The notes beneath the pieces are model-generated. The model worked only from the letters and a program-made list of their open reading frames with translations, was not told the origin of the DNA and made no database searches. A stretch of 64,000 bases of DNA from Flavobacteriales bacterium (GTDB taxonomy: Bacteria; Bacteroidota; Bacteroidia; Flavobacteriales_E; Vicingaceae), in assembly GCA_002706365.1 (NCBI GenBank), contig PALM01000014.1, positions 11,220-75,219 of the forward strand, read 5' to 3'. A program made the position numbers and the translations under genes. Below are positions 38,179 through 46,528 of this stretch, piece after piece. Each line of letters starts with the position of its first letter. The stretch's first letter is position 1.

Positions 38179-39621
38179 CTATTGCTTTGTTTCTCTTTTA
38201 AGGAGGCCATCTACCACTTCCTTTGAGACAAACTTAAACCTATACAGCAAGAAGTAAACAATTGGGAAATAAAAGAGCATAGAGAGACCTAGTCTCAAAA
38301 TGCCATCATTTACTTTCATCAATAAAAAGTAGATAATGACTACAGTAGATAAGGATAAAAGACAAACTTGAAGTATCCTCTTTAGATCAAAAAGCTCAAA
38401 CATCTTTACCTTAATGGCCTTCATATTCCTGTGAAGAAGAAGGGCCGAGATCAGGAATAGACAAATTACCGTAGCTGCTGCCGCACCAATGATTCCAAAT
38501 TCTTGAATCAATACAATATTGAGGATGATATTCAATGCAAAGACAAGCAAATTGTGTTGCAAGATCATTTTGGTCTTTCTCGCAGCCATTAAAATATCTT
38601 GATAGTCGTAAATGCGTACAAATAAAGTGAGGTTGAATATCGCAAAAATGATAGCACTATCTCGATAAGCCTCTCCTAGATAGATCACAATAAAATCTTG
38701 AGCATTGAATAGTAAGAAGATCAAGATGGGATAGATCAAAGCAACGGAATTCTTGACGACTTCCCTTTTTAGCTTGACAATCTTTTCATAGAACTTACTA
38801 TTATAAAATTTGCTGATCTCTGGAAGAATAACAGCATTAATGGAATTTGAGATACTAGAGATCAAAGGAACTTCAAATGCACCGTTTCTGTATATAGCAT
38901 ATGGCTCTACTCCTAAGTATCTACTCACCATTAAGCCATCAACGTAGAAAAGTCCGGTACTGAAGAAGTTAGTCACTCCTAGAGGTAGTCCATCGATTAA
39001 TTGAATCTTAACCGCTCTTTTGCTAAACAGAAAACCCACATCTCCCCTCTTGGCGATGTAGAGTCCGAAAGAGAATTGTATTATGGTAGTAAAAAGGATA
39101 AATACAAATACCAGATAAACAGAATTGTAAACTTGAATTGCAAATACAATAAGTAATACCTTCAATAGATTAGAGGCTATGTTGAGGAAGGTAAAGTGCT
39201 TGACTTTCTGATCTGTGATCAAGCGACTTTTTATAGATTGGTAGCCCAAGTGAAATGGAATTGACCATGCAAATACACGGAGAAGATCAATAAGCTTATG
39301 GTTTTCAAGCCAATATGCCAAGGGCTCCGACAAGAAGAAGATCAGTATCCCACCTATCAGTCCTAATGAAACAATGAAGATCAGATTTGAATCAAAATAC
39401 AACTGATTATTCTTCTCCCTCGCTAGATATATGTAGAGTATCTGGGGTAAACCTAAGGCGAGTATTGCACTTGCAAAAGCAGTGATGAGAAGAATTTGTC
39501 CGTATGAACCATAATCTTCATAGGAAAGCACCCTAGCCATATATGGCAGAAAGAGAAAACTAACCAAGACATTAAAGCCTTTACCAAAAAGTAGGGTAGC
39601 AATTCTTTTGACCTTAGTCAT
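38179..39621 (-). CDS. Oligosaccharide flippase (Wzx / polysaccharide biosynthesis protein, MOP superfamily)
   Basis: 480 aa, about 12-14 TM helices, N-terminus LLFGKGFNVLVSFLFLPYMARVLSYEDYG typical of Wzx. Confidence 0.8.
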   Translation of the reverse strand: MTKVKRIATLLFGKGFNVLVSFLFLPYMARVLSYEDYGSYGQILLITAFASAILALGLPQILYIYLAREKNNQLYFDSNLIFIVSLGLIGGILIFFLSEPLAYWLENHKLIDLLRVFAWSIPFHLGYQSIKSRLITDQKVKHFTFLNIASNLLKVLLIVFAIQVYNSVYLVFVFILFTTIIQFSFGLYIAKRGDVGFLFSKRAVKIQLIDGLPLGVTNFFSTGLFYVDGLMVSRYLGVEPYAIYRNGAFEVPLISSISNSINAVILPEISKFYNSKFYEKIVKLKREVVKNSVALIYPILIFLLFNAQDFIVIYLGEAYRDSAIIFAIFNLTLFVRIYDYQDILMAARKTKMILQHNLLVFALNIILNIVLIQEFGIIGAAAATVICLFLISALLLHRNMKAIKVKMFELFDLKRILQVCLLSLSTVVIIYFLLMKVNDGILRLGLSMLFYFPIVYFLLYRFKFVSKEVVDGLLKRETKQ

Positions 39622-39647
39622 TCAATCTTGTTCATTTCTAGAAAGGC

Positions 39648-39655
39648 CAAAAGTA
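39648..39655 (-). promoter_or_regulatory. Candidate -7 box (TACTTTTG on minus strand) for the glycan operon
   Basis: TAnnTTTG match 26 nt upstream of the ATG at 39621. Confidence 0.35.
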
Positions 39656-39786
39656 AAGTTTTAATGTAGGTCAAATCAAAAGTACTGAGCCACAGTTTCT
39701 TAGAATTTGATGTTGATTTCTATTCAAATGAGCCTTCCTTGTTCAAAAAATCAGTCCTTCCGAATTCGTATTTATAAAATCACGGT

Positions 39787-39794
39787 TACCTTTG
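39787..39794 (+). promoter_or_regulatory. Candidate -7 box TACCTTTG for pckA
   Basis: TAnnTTTG match 71 nt upstream of the ATG at 39866. Confidence 0.35.
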
Positions 39795-39865
39795 CATTAA
39801 GAAATCTAAATAAGGAATCACGAACAATTTCCTGAAATTCCGATTTAAATAATCAAAAATATCTT

Positions 39866-41479
39866 ATGAACGAGTATGGGAAAAAGGCGGATAACGCTTC
39901 CATTTCCGCATTGGGACTTGAGAATGTAGACACAGTTTACTGGAATCTAGAACCCTCTCAATTGATTGAAGAAAATCTCCTAAGAGGTGAAGGTGTATTA
40001 GCCGACACCGGAGCATTGGCTATTGATACTGGAGAATTTACCGGTAGGTCGCCACAAGACCGTTTCATCGTTGAAGATGAGATCACCAAAGATGCGGTTT
40101 GGTGGGGTCCGATCAACAAACCATTTGATGCAGATAAATTCGATCTACTCTACAACAGAGTGATTGCTTATCTAGGAGGTAAAGAAGTATATGCCAGAGA
40201 TGCAATTGCTTGCTCTTCTGAAAAGTATAGCCTTCCAATTCGAGTAGTTACCGAATTTCCTTATTCAAATCTATTCGCTTACAATATGTTCATTCGTCCT
40301 ACTGATGAGCAGTTGAAGAACTTCGATCCTGAGTGGAATGTAATCTGCGCTCCTGGTTTTAGAGCAAATCCTGAGATAGATGGTACACGTCAGCACAACT
40401 TCGCAGTTGTGAACTTCAGCAAGAAGATCCTATTGATCGGTGGAACCGGTTATACCGGAGAGATCAAGAAAGGTATTTTCTCTGCATTGAACTTTATCCT
40501 TCCTCACCAAAAGAATGTGCTTTCTATGCACTGTTCTGCCAATGTTGGTGAAGATGGAGATACTGCAGTTTTCTTCGGACTATCAGGTACTGGGAAAACC
40601 ACGCTTTCTTCTGATCCAAATCGAAAGTTGATCGGTGATGATGAGCATGGATGGGATGATGATTCTGTATTCAACTTCGAAGGAGGTTGCTATGCAAAGA
40701 CCATCGACCTGAGTGAAGAGAAAGAACCACAGATCTACAAAGCCATCAAATTCGGTGCGCTTTTGGAAAACATCAATTTCAAGGATGATTCAACTGAAGT
40801 AGATTATCACAATTCAGAAAAGACCGAGAATACAAGGGTAAGTTATCCTATTCATCATATCGACAATGTACAAGAAGGTTTGAGCGGTGCTGCTCCTAAG
40901 AATATCTTCTTCCTTACTTGTGATGCTTATGGAGTATTACCTCCAATCTCTAAACTTTCACCGGCTCAAGCAATGTATCATTTCATTTCTGGTTACACTG
41001 CTAAAGTTGCCGGAACTGAGGCTGGTATTACCGAGCCTACTATGGCTTTCTCAGCTTGTTTTGGTGCGCCATTCATGCCTCTTCACCCTACCAAATATGC
41101 AGAAATGCTTGGTAAGAAAATGGAAGAAGGCAATGTGAATGTATGGTTGATCAATACAGGATGGTCTGGTGGTGAGTATGGTGTTGGTTCAAGGATCAAA
41201 CTGTCTTACACAAGAAATATGATCACCTCTGCTCTTGAAGGTAAATTGGACAATGTAGATTTCGTTGAACATGAAGTATTTGGATTGGCTATGCCAGTTG
41301 AATGTCCGGAAGTTCCTACTGAAATCTTGAATCCAAAGAATACTTGGAAAGACAAAGATGCATATGACACTAAAGCTCAGAAATTGGCGAAAGCATTCGT
41401 AGACAATTTCGAGAAGTTTGCTGAATTCGCAAATGAAGAGATACTTTCAGCTGCTCCAAAAGCCGGAGTGACTGCCTAA
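39866..41479 (+). CDS. pckA: Phosphoenolpyruvate carboxykinase (ATP)
   Basis: GRSPQDRF, kinase-1a GLSGTGKTT, IGDDEHGW and NTGWSGG motifs, 537 aa. Confidence 0.95.
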   Translation: MNEYGKKADNASISALGLENVDTVYWNLEPSQLIEENLLRGEGVLADTGALAIDTGEFTGRSPQDRFIVEDEITKDAVWWGPINKPFDADKFDLLYNRVIAYLGGKEVYARDAIACSSEKYSLPIRVVTEFPYSNLFAYNMFIRPTDEQLKNFDPEWNVICAPGFRANPEIDGTRQHNFAVVNFSKKILLIGGTGYTGEIKKGIFSALNFILPHQKNVLSMHCSANVGEDGDTAVFFGLSGTGKTTLSSDPNRKLIGDDEHGWDDDSVFNFEGGCYAKTIDLSEEKEPQIYKAIKFGALLENINFKDDSTEVDYHNSEKTENTRVSYPIHHIDNVQEGLSGAAPKNIFFLTCDAYGVLPPISKLSPAQAMYHFISGYTAKVAGTEAGITEPTMAFSACFGAPFMPLHPTKYAEMLGKKMEEGNVNVWLINTGWSGGEYGVGSRIKLSYTRNMITSALEGKLDNVDFVEHEVFGLAMPVECPEVPTEILNPKNTWKDKDAYDTKAQKLAKAFVDNFEKFAEFANEEILSAAPKAGVTA

Positions 41480-41500
41480 AGGATCTTAGAGCTAAAAATC

Positions 41501-41537
41501 AAAAACCTCTCGCGCTTCGGCCGAGAGGTTTTTTTTG
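41501..41537 (+). terminator. Rho-independent terminator after pckA
   Basis: AAAAACCTCTCGCGCTTCGGCCGAGAGG followed by T8. Confidence 0.85.
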
Positions 41538-41551
41538 TGCCTAATCTGAAT

Positions 41552-41559
41552 TAAATTTG
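41552..41559 (+). promoter_or_regulatory. Candidate -7 box TAAATTTG
   Basis: TAnnTTTG match 4 nt upstream of the GTG at 41564. Confidence 0.35.
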
Positions 41560-41563
41560 AAAG

Positions 41564-42937
41564 GTGTATTGTATTGTCGATCTAGAAACAACCGGTGGTA
41601 GTGCTACAAAAAGCAGAGTCATTGAAATAGCGGTTTATAAAACCGACGGAAAGAAAATAGTCGACAGCTTTAGTTCGTTGGTAAATCCGGGGAGGCCAAT
41701 TCCCCGACATATCATCAATCTCACAGGCATTACAGATGAGATGGTTGACAATGCACCTTCCTTCTCAGAGATCATTGATCAAGTAGAAAAGATTACAGAG
41801 GATAGCGTTTTTGTAGCGCATAATGTAAACTTCGACTACGGTTTCATGCGCGCTGAATACGAAAGATGCGGACGACAGTTTATTCGGAAAAAACTCTGTA
41901 CTGTTCGTTTAAGCCGACAAATAATCAAGAATCAACCATCTTACAGTCTTGGAAAATTAAGCGCCAATCTAGGGATCAAATTGATCGGCCGACATAGAGC
42001 TGCGGGTGATGCAAAGGCAACAGTTGAACTCTTTCACCTTCTTTTGAAGAAAGATGAGTACGATGTAATTCCAAATTCTCTAAAGATTCGTTCACTAGAA
42101 GCACTATTGCCTCCAAATCTGCCCAAGAACGATTTCTTGGCTTTGCCAGAAGCTCAGGGAATCTACTACTTTAAAGATGCCAGAAAGAAGATCATTTATG
42201 TAGGTCAAGCAAAGAATATCAAGCAAAGAGTGCATTCCCATTTTTCAGGAAACTCTAATAGCAAATCGAAGCATTATTTCAGTGTGAGTATTTACAGCCT
42301 CGATTATCAGCTTGTCCCAAATCCATTGTTGCTCGACCTGATCGAAGCCATTGAGATCAAAAAGCATTGGCCAAGGTACAATCGTTCGATGAAAAGATTC
42401 AGCTTGAACTTTGGGATCTTCAAGTACGAGGATCGCAACGGTTATTTGAGATTGGCTATAGGCAGAAGTGGTAAGCACGACCGACCAATAAAGAGTTTTA
42501 AGACGCACAATCAATGCATAGATGCACTCAAAGAAATGTTAGCTGAATATGCGCTTTGTCCGCGTTTGATTGGCTTACAGCCATTGGGAAGTGGGAAGTG
42601 CAACTATATTGAAGAAGTGAATTGCAAAGGTGCTTGCTGTGGTAAAGAAGATGCCGCCGACTACAATAAGAGAGTTAAAGAAGCCCTGAGGGATAAAATT
42701 GAACAGAAGCATACATTCATTCTGGAAGAAAAAGAAGTGAATACTAAGGCTATTGTGCTGGTAGAGAAAGGAAGACTAAAAGGCTATGCAAGCCTTGGGC
42801 TAGATCAGAAGGTGGAAAGTATAGAAGAAGCAAAAGAACTTATCTCAGCAACCTATGATGATCAAGACCTTGCGTGGATCATTCAGAAGCATCTTCCTAG
42901 AGCATTGAAGAATGATGCAGTCACCTATTTCAAATAA
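41564..42937 (+). CDS. DnaQ-like 3'-5' exonuclease fused to a GIY-YIG nuclease domain (Cho/UvrC-N-like)
   Basis: Exonuclease motifs IVDLETTG, VAHNVNFDYGF and HRAAGDA. GIY-YIG motif GIYYFKDARKKIIYVGQAKNIKQR. C-terminal region with CNYIEEVNCKGACCG. Confidence 0.8.
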   Translation: MYCIVDLETTGGSATKSRVIEIAVYKTDGKKIVDSFSSLVNPGRPIPRHIINLTGITDEMVDNAPSFSEIIDQVEKITEDSVFVAHNVNFDYGFMRAEYERCGRQFIRKKLCTVRLSRQIIKNQPSYSLGKLSANLGIKLIGRHRAAGDAKATVELFHLLLKKDEYDVIPNSLKIRSLEALLPPNLPKNDFLALPEAQGIYYFKDARKKIIYVGQAKNIKQRVHSHFSGNSNSKSKHYFSVSIYSLDYQLVPNPLLLDLIEAIEIKKHWPRYNRSMKRFSLNFGIFKYEDRNGYLRLAIGRSGKHDRPIKSFKTHNQCIDALKEMLAEYALCPRLIGLQPLGSGKCNYIEEVNCKGACCGKEDAADYNKRVKEALRDKIEQKHTFILEEKEVNTKAIVLVEKGRLKGYASLGLDQKVESIEEAKELISATYDDQDLAWIIQKHLPRALKNDAVTYFK

Positions 42938-42978
42938 AAAAAGCCCTTCTCCAAATCAATCGGAGAAAGGCTCTTTCA
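42936..42978. terminator. Hairpin terminator between convergent genes (stronger for hsp20)
   Basis: AGCCCTTCTCC-9 nt-GGAGAAAGGCT (10 of 11 pairs), flanked by A6 upstream, which gives a T-tract on the minus strand. Confidence 0.65.
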
Positions 42979-43014
42979 TCTAACTACTACTACTAATCTA
43001 ACTGAAAGCCTTAT

Positions 43015-43446
43015 TTAATTGATATTGATCAATTTGCTATTAGCCTTTTTCTCTTCTTTCATTTTTGGAATATCAATATTCAATACCCCTTCATTATAGC
43101 TTGCTGAAATTCCTTCCGCATCAACAGAATCAGGAAGTGTGAATGTTCTTCTAAATGAGCTATAACTGAATTCTCTTCTCGTATACTTTTCCTCATTCTC
43201 ATTCTTCTCGAATTTATTTTCTGAAGAAATGCTCAATACATTATTGTCCAATTCGATCTTGAAGTCCTCTTTCTTCTTTCCAGGTGCTGCTAACTCAAGA
43301 TGAAAACCGCTCTCAGTTTGTTTGATATTGACCGCAGGAAGGGAATTTCCAATTGAGGAAGTTCTTTGCATTGAATCGAAGATATCTCCTCCAAAAAACT
43401 CATCGAGAAATGATGGGAAGTTGTCTTTGAATTTTACTAGTGTCAT
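43015..43446 (-). CDS. Hsp20/alpha-crystallin small heat-shock protein
   Basis: Alpha-crystallin domain PAVNIKQTESGFHLELAAPG...FTLPDSVDAEGISASYNEGVLNIDIPK. Confidence 0.9.
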   Translation of the reverse strand: MTLVKFKDNFPSFLDEFFGGDIFDSMQRTSSIGNSLPAVNIKQTESGFHLELAAPGKKKEDFKIELDNNVLSISSENKFEKNENEEKYTRREFSYSSFRRTFTLPDSVDAEGISASYNEGVLNIDIPKMKEEKKANSKLININ

Positions 43447-43529
43447 GATATTTATGGTTTTAGGTTCAAAATTTCTTTCACTCTCAGTTTATCAAAGCCA
43501 ATACCAATTGAATTTCAAGGAAAATTAAC

Positions 43530-43561
43530 GCCATTATGACATACTAGTGTGTCATTATGGC
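43530..43561. promoter_or_regulatory. Inverted repeat GCCATTATGACA-N8-TGTCATTATGGC in the divergent hsp20/smpB spacer
   Basis: 11 of 12 arm positions are complementary, read directly. It lies between two divergently oriented genes, so it is not a terminator position. Confidence 0.4.
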
Positions 43562-43587
43562 ATAGCGAATCTAAACTAGAGCTTACT

Positions 43588-43595
43588 TACTTTTG
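43588..43595 (+). promoter_or_regulatory. Candidate -7 box TACTTTTG for smpB
   Basis: TAnnTTTG match 4 nt upstream of the ATG at 43600. Confidence 0.35.
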
Positions 43596-43599
43596 GAGC

Positions 43600-44058
43600 A
43601 TGGGAGTAGAGATACGCAAAGAGGTAGAGATCAAGAACAAGAAAGCATTCTTTCAATATGAGATCCTCGATAAATATGAGGCCGGAATTGTATTAAAGGG
43701 TACTGAGATCAAATCCATTCGTCAGGGAAAGGCAAGTATCAAAGAAGGTTATTGCGCATTCAAGAAGGGCGAGCTATTCATACTGAATATGAATATCAGT
43801 CCGTATAGCGAAGCCGGTCAGGAAAACCATGAAATGACCAGACCAAGAAAGCTATTATTGAACAAGCAGGAGATCAATAAGCTAATCAAGTCGAAAAAGG
43901 ATGTGGGCCTTACAATAGTGCCCTTAAAACTCTATATCAACTCTTCTGGATATGCCAAATTGCAGATTGCTTTAGCAAAAGGTAAAAAAATGCAAGACAA
44001 GCGTCAGAAGCTGAAAGAGAAGGACTTAAAGAGACAGATTGATAGAGCCAGGAAGTAA
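43600..44058 (+). CDS. smpB: SsrA-binding protein
   Basis: KNKKAFFQYEILDKYEAGIVLKGTEIKSIR and a basic C-terminal tail. The ATG at 43600 gives the usual length of about 150 aa. The track GTG start at 43549 is rejected. Confidence 0.9.
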   Translation: MGVEIRKEVEIKNKKAFFQYEILDKYEAGIVLKGTEIKSIRQGKASIKEGYCAFKKGELFILNMNISPYSEAGQENHEMTRPRKLLLNKQEINKLIKSKKDVGLTIVPLKLYINSSGYAKLQIALAKGKKMQDKRQKLKEKDLKRQIDRARK

Positions 44059-44147
44059 GACAAATTTCAGTTCATCCAATTTCCCTACCATTTAAAACAA
44101 AATTCATCCATAGCTGTAACTTAAGGATAAGTTAATTTTTAAGAAGT

Positions 44148-44155
44148 TATTTTTG
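44148..44155 (+). promoter_or_regulatory. Candidate -7 box TATTTTTG
   Basis: TAnnTTTG match 30 nt upstream of the ATG at 44186. It overlaps the track TTG start at 44153. Confidence 0.35.
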
Positions 44156-44185
44156 CGGCGTTTTTCTACAGCCAAACTAAATCAA

Positions 44186-46525
44186 ATGAGATATCTCTGG
44201 ACGATTATTCTCCACCTACCCTTTCTGCTTTATTCGCAGGAAAAGTATACCATTAGCGGATATGTGCGTTCTGCAGCCAGTGGAGAGGAGCTAATTGGAG
44301 CAACTGTTTCAATTCCCGCGCTCAATACAGGCGTTAGCACGAATGTATATGGTTATTATGCATTGAGCCTTCCGGCAGGCACCTATAAAGTGCGGTACTC
44401 TTATATAGGGTTCGACGATGTGATCAAGGAAGTGAAGTTGAGTGAGGATATTCAATTGAATATTGAGCTTTCTGAGAGTTTAAATGAATTGGAAGCAGTT
44501 GAGATTGAAGGAGAATCGGCTAAAAAGAACATAGAAAGTGTAGAAATGAGCGTCAATAAGATCGACGCAAAGACCATTAAAAAGATTCCCGCACTACTTG
44601 GTGAGGCGGATGTAGTTAAGAGTGTGCTTCTATTACCAGGTGTTAGCACAGTTGGTGAAGGAAGCACTGGTTTCAATGTTCGAGGTGGTGGAATTGACCA
44701 AAACCTTGTCTTATTGGATGAAGCTCCTGTGTATAATTCCTCTCACCTATTCGGATTCTTCTCGGTTTTCAATCCGGATGCTGTAAAGAATGTCAGGCTT
44801 ATCAAAGGAGGTATTGCTCCCGAATATGGTGGTCGCCTCTCCTCTATTCTAGATGTGCGAATGAAAGAGGGAAATCAGAAGGAATTCACAGGTTCTGGTG
44901 GAGTTGGAGTAATCTTCAGTCGTCTTGCCCTTGAAGGTCCAATCAAAAAAGACAAAGCTTCATTCATTATTGCAGGAAGAAGGTCATACGCTGATGTATT
45001 GGCAAAACCCTTCTTAAATAGTGGTCTTTCCGATAGCAAGTTTTATTTCTATGACCTCACTGCTAAAGTGAACTGGACGATGAATGAAAAGAACAGATTC
45101 TTCCTTTCGGGCTACTTTGGAAGAGACATCTTCGGTTCCGGCTTCATATTCAATTGGGGAAATGCAACTGCTACAGCCAGATGGAACCACATCTTCAACG
45201 ATCGCTTGTTTATGAATCTTACAGCATTTTACAGTGATTACGACTACGCTTTTGGTGTTGAAGGAGATGATCGAGACGACTTTGAGTGGAGCTCATCGGT
45301 CGTAAGTCAGAGTATCAAACCCGATTTCTCTTATTACTTGAATAACAACAACACTTTGAGGTTTGGCGGACAATCAATCTATTACGACTTCAAACCAGCC
45401 GAAGCTACTTTTGCGAGTGGTGGTGCTACGAATGACATTAGCTTGCCAGAGAAGTTTGGTTTAGAGAATGGGCTGTATATTCAAAACGAGCAAAAGTTTG
45501 GAAGTAGAATAAAAGTGTTATATGGACTTCGTTGGTCGCATTTCTCCTATCTAGGAGCTGGGGAGAAACAAGTATTCAACGATACCATTCCCGGACTTAG
45601 AAAGACATTGGTTGAGTCAGAGGAGTTTGGCGATTTCGAATCTATAGCTTCCTACAATAATTTTGAGCCTAGATTCTCTATCAAGTATAGCTTAGATGAG
45701 TTCAGTTCTGTAAAGGCGAGTTATAATAGGATGACTCAGTACTTGCATTTAATATCTAATACCGTTGCATCTACCCCTGTTGATCTATGGCTACCCACTA
45801 CAAACAATCTTGAACCCCAGATTGCAGATCAAGTGGCAGTGGGATACTTCAGAAACTTTAAAAAGAATACCTATGAAGCGTCTGCAGAAGTATTTGTGAA
45901 AGATTTTCAAAATCAAGTTGAATACATTGATAATGCTGATATTTTCTTCAATGATGAATTGGAAGCGGATCTTTTAAGTGGCGATGGAAGAGCGTATGGC
46001 CTTGAGCTCTTCGTAAAGAAGAATACAGGAAGAATGACAGGCTGGGTTAGTTATACGATTTCTAGATCAGAGCGAAAGGTGAAGGGAATAAATAACGACG
46101 ATTGGTATCCGAGTCGCTTCGATAGACTTCACAACCTAAGTGTGGTGGGTTCATATGAATACAACGACAAGTGGTCTTTCTCTGCCAACTTTGTATTCTC
46201 TTCGGGAACTCCGGCTACTTTCCCTACAAATCGCTATGAGGTGCAAGGAATTGTATTGCCTCATAATGTGAATAATTCGAGGAACAATTATAGAATCCCA
46301 GCCTATCATCGACTCGATATCTCGGCTACTCTGGTTCCTAGAAAAAACGAAAACAGAAAAATTCAAGGAGAGTGGGTATTCTCTATTTACAATGTGTACA
46401 ACAGAAGAAATCCATTTGCAATTTTCTTCGAACAAGACCCAGATCAGGTGAATCGAACAAGGGCAATTCGCTATTCAGTAATCGGAAACTTCGTGCCTGC
46501 AGTTTCATATAACTTTAAGTTTTAA
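44186..46525 (+). CDS. TonB-dependent receptor with carboxypeptidase-regulatory-like N-terminal domain
   Basis: Signal peptide, YTISGYVRSAASGEELIGATV, a plug region (LLPGVSTVGEGSTGFNVRGG), a long barrel, and the C-terminal aromatic end YNFKF. Confidence 0.85.
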   Translation: MRYLWTIILHLPFLLYSQEKYTISGYVRSAASGEELIGATVSIPALNTGVSTNVYGYYALSLPAGTYKVRYSYIGFDDVIKEVKLSEDIQLNIELSESLNELEAVEIEGESAKKNIESVEMSVNKIDAKTIKKIPALLGEADVVKSVLLLPGVSTVGEGSTGFNVRGGGIDQNLVLLDEAPVYNSSHLFGFFSVFNPDAVKNVRLIKGGIAPEYGGRLSSILDVRMKEGNQKEFTGSGGVGVIFSRLALEGPIKKDKASFIIAGRRSYADVLAKPFLNSGLSDSKFYFYDLTAKVNWTMNEKNRFFLSGYFGRDIFGSGFIFNWGNATATARWNHIFNDRLFMNLTAFYSDYDYAFGVEGDDRDDFEWSSSVVSQSIKPDFSYYLNNNNTLRFGGQSIYYDFKPAEATFASGGATNDISLPEKFGLENGLYIQNEQKFGSRIKVLYGLRWSHFSYLGAGEKQVFNDTIPGLRKTLVESEEFGDFESIASYNNFEPRFSIKYSLDEFSSVKASYNRMTQYLHLISNTVASTPVDLWLPTTNNLEPQIADQVAVGYFRNFKKNTYEASAEVFVKDFQNQVEYIDNADIFFNDELEADLLSGDGRAYGLELFVKKNTGRMTGWVSYTISRSERKVKGINNDDWYPSRFDRLHNLSVVGSYEYNDKWSFSANFVFSSGTPATFPTNRYEVQGIVLPHNVNNSRNNYRIPAYHRLDISATLVPRKNENRKIQGEWVFSIYNVYNRRNPFAIFFEQDPDQVNRTRAIRYSVIGNFVPAVSYNFKF

Positions 46526-46528
46526 GTC

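Noticed and set aside
43447-44152. tmRNA (ssrA) next to smpB
   Set aside because: The flanking non-coding stretches are about 150 nt and about 125 nt, too short for a tmRNA of about 350-400 nt. I saw no tRNA-Ala-like acceptor/T-arm ends.
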